A stretch of DNA of 64,000 nucleotides from Hormiphora californensis (lineage: Eukaryota > Animalia > Ctenophora): contig CM035360.1 of the NCBI GenBank assembly GCA_020137815.1, positions 496,001-560,000 of the forward strand, given 5' to 3'. Of this stretch, positions 52,660 through 64,000 are shown piece by piece (positions within the stretch are counted from its first letter, which is position 1; the number at the start of each line of letters is the position of its first letter). The position numbers and the translations under genes were made by a program. The notes under the pieces were generated by a model. That model ran no database searches, was not told the DNA's origin, and saw nothing but the letters and a program-made list of their open reading frames with translations.

Positions 52660-53682
52660 TTCTAAATAGCTAGTTTTTTATCACTGGGGAATAAAAATAA
52701 ATTAAACAAGAATTATTGCATTATTGTTTTCTCAGTATTACTGCAAAATAGACACAGCTCGTCCTAATTGATAATCCATTAGGACGCTGTGTTATGTCTC
52801 AGTTCACCAATTAAGCAAATATAATCCCTGGCCTATGTGTACAATCCATTGGATTATGGGTAGTGAGAAAAGGAACGGAGGGAGCACATACTGAATCAGC
52901 AGTAGAGATTGTTACTGGGAGATTGGAGAGAGCTAATGGGACTTAGCTGGCATAGCTAAGTTTAGCTTTTATACATTGGGAGAGGATATGGGAGACGTGG
53001 AACATTCTTCGGGAGAGCATACCGAATCAGCAGTGGAGAAACTAGAAATACTAGGCAAACTAGAGAGATAGAAAGCTATAGCTGTAATATTTCAGCACAC
53101 ATGACCTCCCAGTTACCTCCCCGGTATGGCCTAGTCCACTAGTTTATTGCACCATTTTGGGCCCTAGATTTTCTAATTTCTATCTGCTAGGGATGGTTGG
53201 GTGCTTGGCAGCGGGCTGAGGTACAGGTGCTGCGCCCGCCTGGATATGGCACCTCTGGTCTCTGCCCACCGGAGCGGGATGGAGAGAGAGTGTAGGGTCT
53301 GTTGGACGACATCTTTTGAGACGCATAATTGGTGGGGAAACTTGGCTTAGTTTCCCATTCCTGAGCGCCTAGCCAACAGGCCGTACTCGCGAAGGAAAAA
53401 CGTTACCTTGATCCAGACTAATTCCAAACTCAAGAATTTCTCAAAGGCAAAATGTTACACGGTCGCTTGTAGTGAGAAAACGGTAATGGAAAACGGAGAT
53501 ACAGTAAGACGACGCGTTATGCAAAGTGTGCGTCTCATTACTGTATTTCCATTACGGTAATGCGACTACAAGCAGCACTGATATGTAGTGGGACAAAGTA
53601 CAAACTCAGGATTTCTGATGTTGCACTAAAGAGGGTGACTGTTATATCACACTTCTAATAAACATGTACAAAAATTGTCAAA

Positions 53683-54604
53683 CTAAATAAAGTTATACAT
53701 CCAATCCAGGCCGCTCAAAACGAAACCGAGTGCGAGGGGCTTCAGGAGGAACCACAGCAACCCAACCCTATCGAAAACGTTAGCTTGTTCCAGATCCACC
53801 TTCTCTGCGGCACTATTATAAATAAAATAACATTAACTCTTGTGAGGAAGTTTAGTTTTCTCCTTCCGGCTGGACAAAATGAGTAGACGGGGTTTTTTTT
53901 GTAGAAGAACGCGTTCAACCGATCCTTATTCTCTATTAACTCTTGTGGTGTATGAAATTACACGATAAAGTTGTCAGTATTATACTGAGATTATTATACA
54001 AACAAACAGCTGTGGGTTCTCTCTATTTGAGTTCAGATTGCATGGTAGGTGGGGAACCTATTTGAGAGCATCTCGAGTCTTGTTAGCTGCCCTGTTTGCT
54101 TCACTCTTACAACAACTGAATAGGTTCCTCATCTTCCGCTTGAATTTATCCCACGCGGAGTTGTTGAGTAAGGGGTCAACAAACGCAGAGCCCATTTTAC
54201 TAAGAGCTGTAGTATAGTAGTCACCAGCTATATAACAAGGGAATATTATTAACAACGGTATAAATATGAAATAAAAAAAGTCAATATCACGTCTAAGTCA
54301 TGGGCCTAATTTCCTAGCTGTTAAAGGTAAAACGGGGATTACGTGGCCATGTCCGATCAAACTTTATTCGCATAGTCCGAATTGCAACACAAACAACTAT
54401 AAGTTTCTCAACTCATAAACATGATGACACATGCGCAGCCTCACCAATATTAGTAGGATGACACATGCATAGTTTATATAGCCTGACATGTATATTAGTA
54501 ATACTTACATATACTGAATGACCGGCCCAGTGTATATATAAGCTTACCAGACCATTGTCTAGTTTCCGTATTGCAGATACGCTCACACATGTCCCTTTGT
54601 TTCA
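53683..54604 (-). CDS. putative small spliced orphan gene with C-terminal hydrophobic segment (exons about 54604-54547, 54227-54058, 53813-53683)
   Basis: GT-AG-bounded coding-like blocks: MCERICNTETRQWSAGDYYTTALSKMGSAFVDPLLNNSAWDKFKRKMRNLFSCCK... and AAEKVDLEQANVFDRVGLLWFLLKPLALGFVLSGLDWMYNFI*. Joining the last two needs one indel. Confidence 0.4.
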
Positions 54605-54800
54605 CTGATATCACCATAGTAAACAATATCCGATAATGATATCACCATAGTAAACAATATCCGATGGTGATATCACCATAGTACCCAATATCCGGTGATG
54701 ATATCACCATAGCAACCAATATCCGGTGATGATATCACCATAGCAACCAATATCCGGTGATGATATCACCATAGCAACCAATATCCGGTGATGATATCAC

Positions 54801-56173
54801 CAGGAAGCGACCGAATATTCGGTTCGGTTCGGTTCGGTTCGGAAATTCGGTGTTTTTTGGGCGGTTCGGTTCGGTTCGGTTCGGTAGGAAATTTTGGCCG
54901 AACCACCGAATTTTTTGGTCAAAAAATGCCCAGAAATCGGGCTTTTTCATGCAAAATTTTTCAATTATTTCACGAAAATTGTATGGATTTCAATGTCAAT
55001 TTCGCCGTTTTAACCCTATTTCGAATCGGTGGTGCTATGTGGAAATGATTTCTCATTTCGCTATTTAGCGGGTTCGATATGGATTGATTTGATACCTGAC
55101 TTTCCGTCGAATCGTGTCCTCATGAGAGGGTCAACAAATTCAGAAACTTTTTTTTTTCAAAAAATTCATGGAGAGCACCGATCAAGGTGTTAAGAATCAT
55201 TCTCTGAAATTTTGTAAAAAAGTTTGGAAAATATTTCAAAGTCAATTTTATGGAAAATTTTCTATGTCAATTTTTGCGTACGAATCGTGTTTCGAATCGG
55301 TATTGCTAAGCGGGAGTGATGTTGCTAATTAGTGGGTCCGAGATGGATTATGCTGATACGTGATCCCCATCAAATCTAATTAGGAAGTTTAGGGGAAACG
55401 ATTCATGTTGAACAATAAATTCTGCTAATTAGCGAGAGCACTGCCGCATAGCATAACCGATTCGCAACACGATTCGTACGGCAAAATTGACATAGATTTT
55501 TTTTTCCGAAATTGACTTTGAAATATTTTACAATGTTTTTTTCACAAAATTAAATGTTTCTCTAAAAATTCATGGAGAGCATCGATCAAGGTATTGAGAA
55601 TCATTACCTGAAATTTTGTGAAATTTTTTTTGTGAAAAATATTTTAAGTAAATTATGGTATACGAATCGTGTTTCTAATCGACAATGCTAAACGGGAGTG
55701 ATGTTGGTAATTAGTGGGTCCGAGATGGATTGTGCTGATACGTGATCCCCCATCAAATCTAATTAGGAAATTTAGAGAGACACGATTCATGGTTCGTTTA
55801 ATCCTGCTAATTAGCAATACCATTCCCGTATAGCATTGCCGATTCGAAACACGATTCGAAACACGATTCGTACGCAAAAATTGACATAGAAAATTTACGA
55901 TAAAATTGACTTTGAAAATTTTTTCACAAAATTGACTTTGAAATTTTTTCAAACATTTTTTAACAAAATTTCAGAGAATGATTCTCAATACCTTGATCGA
56001 TGCTCTCCATGAATTTTTAGAGAAACATTTATACAGAAAAAGTTTTGTATGGTTCGGTTCGGTTCGGTTACCGAAATTCGGTTCGGTTCGGTTCGGTTCG
56101 GTTCGGTAAAAAAGTTTTTCAAATTCGGTTCGGTTCGGTTCGGTGAAAAAAAACCCGGTTCGGTCGTTTCCTG
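54801..56173. mobile_element. hAT-like non-autonomous DNA transposon
   Basis: TIRs CAGGAAGCGACCGAA / TTCGGTCGTTTCCTG, a perfect 8-bp TSD GATATCAC, and subterminal (TTCGG)n arrays. Confidence 0.9.
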
Positions 56174-56795
56174 GATATCACCATAGCAACCAATATCCGG
56201 TGATGATATCACCATAGCAACAAATATCCGGTAATGATATCACCATAGCAACCAATATCCGGTGATGATATCACCATAGCAACCAATATCCGGTGATGAT
56301 ATCACCATAGCAACCAATATCCGGTGATGATATCACCATAGCAACAAATATCCGGTGATGATATCACTATAGCAACCAATATCCGGTGATGATATCACCA
56401 TAGCAACCAATATTCGGTGATGATATCACCAGAGCAACCAATATCCGGTGATGATATCACCATAGCAACCAATATTCGGTGATGATATCACCATAGCAAC
56501 AAATATCCGGTGATGATATCACTATAGCAACCAATATCCGGTGATGATATCACCATAGCAACCAATATCCGGTGATGATATCACCATAGCAACCAATATC
56601 CGGTGATGATATCACCATAGCAACCAATATCCGGTGATGATATCACCATAGCAACAAATATCCGGTGATGATATCACTATAGCAACCAATATCCGGTGAT
56701 GATATCACCATAGCAACCAATATTCGGTGATGATATCACCAGAGCAACCAATATCCGGTGATGATATCACCATAGCAACCAATATTCGGTGATGA

Positions 56796-60340
<3,545 letters not shown>

Positions 60341-60987
60341 ATGATATCACCATAGCAACCAATATCCGGTGATAATATCACTATAGCAACCAATATCCGG
60401 TGATGATATCACCATAGCAACCAATATCCGATGATGATATCATCATAGCAACCAATATCCGGTGAAAAATTGAACCGATGATATTATATAATTCACTTTC
60501 ATAGCGGAGTGCTGCAGTACTCTCATAGTGGAGTGTTCTCTAGTGAGATAATACGACCACTACCGTGGATTAACTAACGACTTAATTTCAGTTTTGCCAT
60601 TGACTACAACAGGTGTTACTCAAAAGGAGTCCTTTCCAATAATCTTAGTCAAATTCCGTTTTCGTAGTTTTTTTTTGCATTAGCATATATAAAGTCGGAA
60701 CCTGATTTATTGTTACTGGAATGTGAAAGGGGTTTTGGTATATCGTGGTGCCCGGTAAGTCGGGGTAAATCGTGGTCCAAGCTTGGGTACGATGTCTTTT
60801 TGGGACGTATTAATAAGCATTAAGCGTACTGCGCGACATTATGTGAGAGGACAGCGCAGGAGGGAGAGAAATGAGGGGATATCATACCCAAGGTCCAAGC
60901 TAAATATGAAAAAGTTCCGTATCAATTTCCCTTCAAATATATTTCACCAGCAGTTTTACTAAAGACTAGCTGCTGGTGCCACCAGTG

Positions 60988-62450
60988 CACGGCGTGCCCG
61001 AAGGTAGTTTAACATTTGTTTGAGTGCACACCTCCAATTCCGGTTGTAACTGGTCGGGAAGACCTCCCTGAAGGTCGTGGTGGTGCGGGAAAAATCATGT
61101 AGACCCGCTGCGGCTTCAGAAAATTGAGAAAAAGATAGCTATCTTTTTTTTTCACTTTGAAAATGAGAAATTTTCACATATACCACCTTGTTCTACAAGA
61201 TGTGGTTGTCCCCCACCTATTTTTTGACGTAAAATCGAATGCCGTTGAAGTCAAATCTCTAAAATGTTGGAAAAATGGAGAAAATCACGTTTTTAGGTGT
61301 TTTTTGGTGAAAAAAGCGTTCAAACTGGTAGTAGATGATGAGATAGAGTCCCAAAAATATCACACATCGATTTTTTGGGTCTTTTTCGCCCTAGGAACAG
61401 AGTTTCATGAAAATATGGTACAACGCCTATTCTCCGTTTGCTTTCCAAGAAGGTGAATATTGCTCTAATTTAGCCAATTTTGAAGAAAAGGCGTCCAAAA
61501 TGATACTAGTTGACAGGATAGAGTCCCAAAAACGTGAAAATCATCAATTTTAGGCATTTTATACCCTAGAAACAAATGGACATGGTGGTCGGATGATATT
61601 TATTATCTCGGTAGGCCTCTGAAGTGTGTGGAAATAGCCACAATGTAGCGATTGTGGTAAATGACTGTGAATAAACGTTTACTAAACCCACTTTAGTGGA
61701 CTTTTGGATTATGCAAGAGCCACTCTTCAACTTAGCAGGTGCTAAAGTGGGTTTGGTAAACGTTTATTCACATTCATTTACCACAATCTCTACATTGTGG
61801 CTATTTCCACATACTTCAGAGGCCTACCGAGATAATAAATATCATCCGACCACCATGTCCATTTGTTTCTAGGGTATAAAATGCCTAAAATTGATGATTT
61901 TCACGTTTTTGGGACTCTATCCTGTCAACTAGTATCATTTTGGACGCCTTTTCTTCAAAATTGGCTAAATTAGAGCAATATTCACCTTCTTGGAAAGCAA
62001 ACGGAGAATAGGCGTTGTACCATATTTTCATGAAACTCTGTTCCTAGGGCGAAAAAGACCCAAAAAATCGATGTGTGATATTTTTGGGACTCTATCTCAT
62101 CATCTACTACCAGTTTGAACGCTTTTTTCACCAAAAAACACCTAAAAACGTGATTTTCTCCATTTTTCCAACATTTTAGAGATTTGACTTCAACGGCATT
62201 CGATTTTACGTCAAAAAATAGGTGGGGGACAACCACATCTTGTAGAACAAGGTGGTATATGTGAAAATTTCTCATTTTCAAAGTGAAAAAAAAAGATAGC
62301 TATCTTTTTCTCAATTTTCTGAAGCCGCAGCGGGTCTACATGATTTTTCCCGCACCACCACGACCTTCAGGGAGGTCTTCCCGACCAGTTACAACCGGAA
62401 TTGGAGGTGTGCACTCAAACAAATGTTAAACTACCTTCGGGCACGCCGTG
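60988..62450. mobile_element. 1.46-kb foldback element with Chapaev-like termini
   Basis: CACGGCGTGCCCGAAGG...CCTTCGGGCACGCCGTG, about 710-bp near-identical inverted arms, 4-bp TSD AGTG. Confidence 0.88.
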
Positions 62451-62747
62451 AGTGGTGGACTAAAGACTTTAGTCAGAGCATCATGAAACTACCAGGGAGA
62501 ACTAGAGATCTATCGCGCGTCGAACTAAATTTTAGTAGGGTAGAAAGGGAACCCGGGACTATCGCAGGTAACTAAAGACTTAGTTTTGTCGTTGACTGCA
62601 TCAGGTGTTACTCAAAGGGAGTCCTTTACTTTAAATTCTTTACTTTATTCTTTACTAAAGAATAGCTGCTGGCGAACTAAAGACTTTAGTCCGAGCATCA
62701 TGAAACTACTAGAGAACTAGAGATCTGTAGAACATTCTATCAGCTGC

Positions 62748-62836
62748 GAGCCAATCACAGGCCAGCATTTCTAATTCCTGGCCTCTGATTGGCTCGTTGA
62801 GAACTATGAGTTGTAGGTGCGGTGCGGCCTATATAA
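62748..62836 (+). promoter_or_regulatory. putative Pol II promoter: inverted CCAAT pair and TATA box
   Basis: AGCCAATCA (about 62750), TGATTGGCT (about 62786) and TATATAA (62830-62836), upstream of a Kozak-like ACAACCATG. Confidence 0.45.
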
Positions 62837-62870
62837 TAAGTGCCCACTGCACCTCAACTGTACCACAACC

Positions 62871-63854
62871 ATGATCTTTCTAGTTCTACTCATTGCTCTA
62901 AGTGCAGGGGATGAGGCCTCATCCTGGCCGTGTCCCGCGGGGTCATATTGCCCCACTTCAGACACAGTGAGAGAGTGCAATCCTAGATACTATTGCCCCG
63001 CTAACTCCACCCGTCAAGTCTTCTGTCCTGCTGGTAGCTTCTGCCCCGATCCTTCTGAGAAATATATATGTCCAACAGGTAACCATGGTAACCATGGTAA
63101 CCATGGTAACAATGTCTTCTTTTCAATCGGGGATCCGTAATTCTCCGTATAACAGTGCCGCGCTTGTTATTATAGTGGCGATGCCGTATTTGAAATACGG
63201 TAAGAAGACGCATACTTTACGTATCAGTGCTGCTTGCAGTCAAAATACGGTAACGCAAAATACAGTAAGGAGACGCGCACGGTGCATAACGCGCGGCAAA
63301 AAGTTCATGTGTCAGCACGTACTAGCGCCCTGATTGGTCACGGTTGCGCGTCGTCTTACTGTATCTTCGTTTTCCATTACCGTTTTCCCACTACAAGCGA
63401 CCGTGTAACGCGCAAGTGCTCATGTCAAAAAGTGCATTTTTTCAGCACTTCATAGCGCGTTGATTGGCCACGCTTGCGCGTCTTCTTACCGTAATTAAGA
63501 CCAAACATTTTTTCATTACCGTTTTCCCACTATCTACAAGCACAGTAGTAAGGTACGTGTTTTGCAGGCCACCTATAATAGCTCGAACTAGCTCCTCATA
63601 AAATCCCCCTCGCTTCGCTCGCGGAACTTCCATGTATATCTGCAGCCTGTGCGCGGCGCGTGAGCTAATGAAAGGATTTCTAATTAATATTCCCACTGCA
63701 GGTACATACTGTTATTCAGGCTCTACTGCACCAAGGAACTGCACCAATTCAAATGGTCGTGGATATTATTGCCCAGAAGGGTCAACAAGGCAGGACCGCT
63801 GTACTTCAGGATTTTATTGTCCTACTTCCTCTGAACAAATCGTGTGTCCCGCAG
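62871..63854 (+). CDS. secreted/membrane Cys-rich protein with CPxGxYCP (GCC2/GCC3, ephrin-receptor-like) repeats, first two exons, runs off window
   Basis: Signal peptide MIFLVLLIALSAG, then CPAGSYCP, YYCPANST, CPAGSFCP | YCYSGST, YYCPEGST, CTSGFYCP. Phase-1 introns. Confidence 0.8.
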
Positions 63855-64000
63855 GTAATATATAAGGGATGATAATTTTGTGTCTTGCAGTGCACCCATA
63901 GCTTCTCATAAAATCCCCCTCGCTTCGCTCGCGGAACTTCCATGTATATCTGCAGCCTGTGCGCGGCGCGTGAGCTAATGAAAGGATTTCTAATTAGTAA

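Noticed and set aside
61157-62281. Two identical 99-aa ORFs on opposite strands
   Set aside because: Mirror images from the foldback arms; no transposase motifs.

Overview
Eukaryotic (animal) genomic DNA with short GT-AG introns and dense transposon and minisatellite content. A ctenophore (Pleurobrachia-like) origin is suggested by the gene structure and one MITE family, but this is inference. Genes reconstructed by hand: the 3' end of ATAD2 (+); kinesin-3 KIF13B (-; almost intronless, with a cluster of probable sequencing frameshifts); a polypeptide GalNAc-transferase (-); a TMEM63/OSCA channel (+); a secreted lectin-like protein (+); a furin-like/TSP1 protein with an R-spondin-like FU-FU-TSP1 core (+); a single-exon class A GPCR (-); a small orphan spliced gene (-); and the start of a CPxGxYCP-repeat secreted protein (+). 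Mobile DNA: CRE-like and CR1-like LINE remnants, an ORF1-only LINE-like element, a gag-only LTR element, a non-autonomous Helitron, and mariner-, hAT-, Harbinger- and Chapaev-like MITEs/foldbacks. The two most notable signals are the R-spondin-like module and a window-wide habit of tandem duplications anchored on splice junctions, some forming in-frame ladders of alternative splice sites. Two stretches (about 10.8-12.5 kb and 41.9-43.7 kb) are homopolymer-smeared, low-quality sequence.
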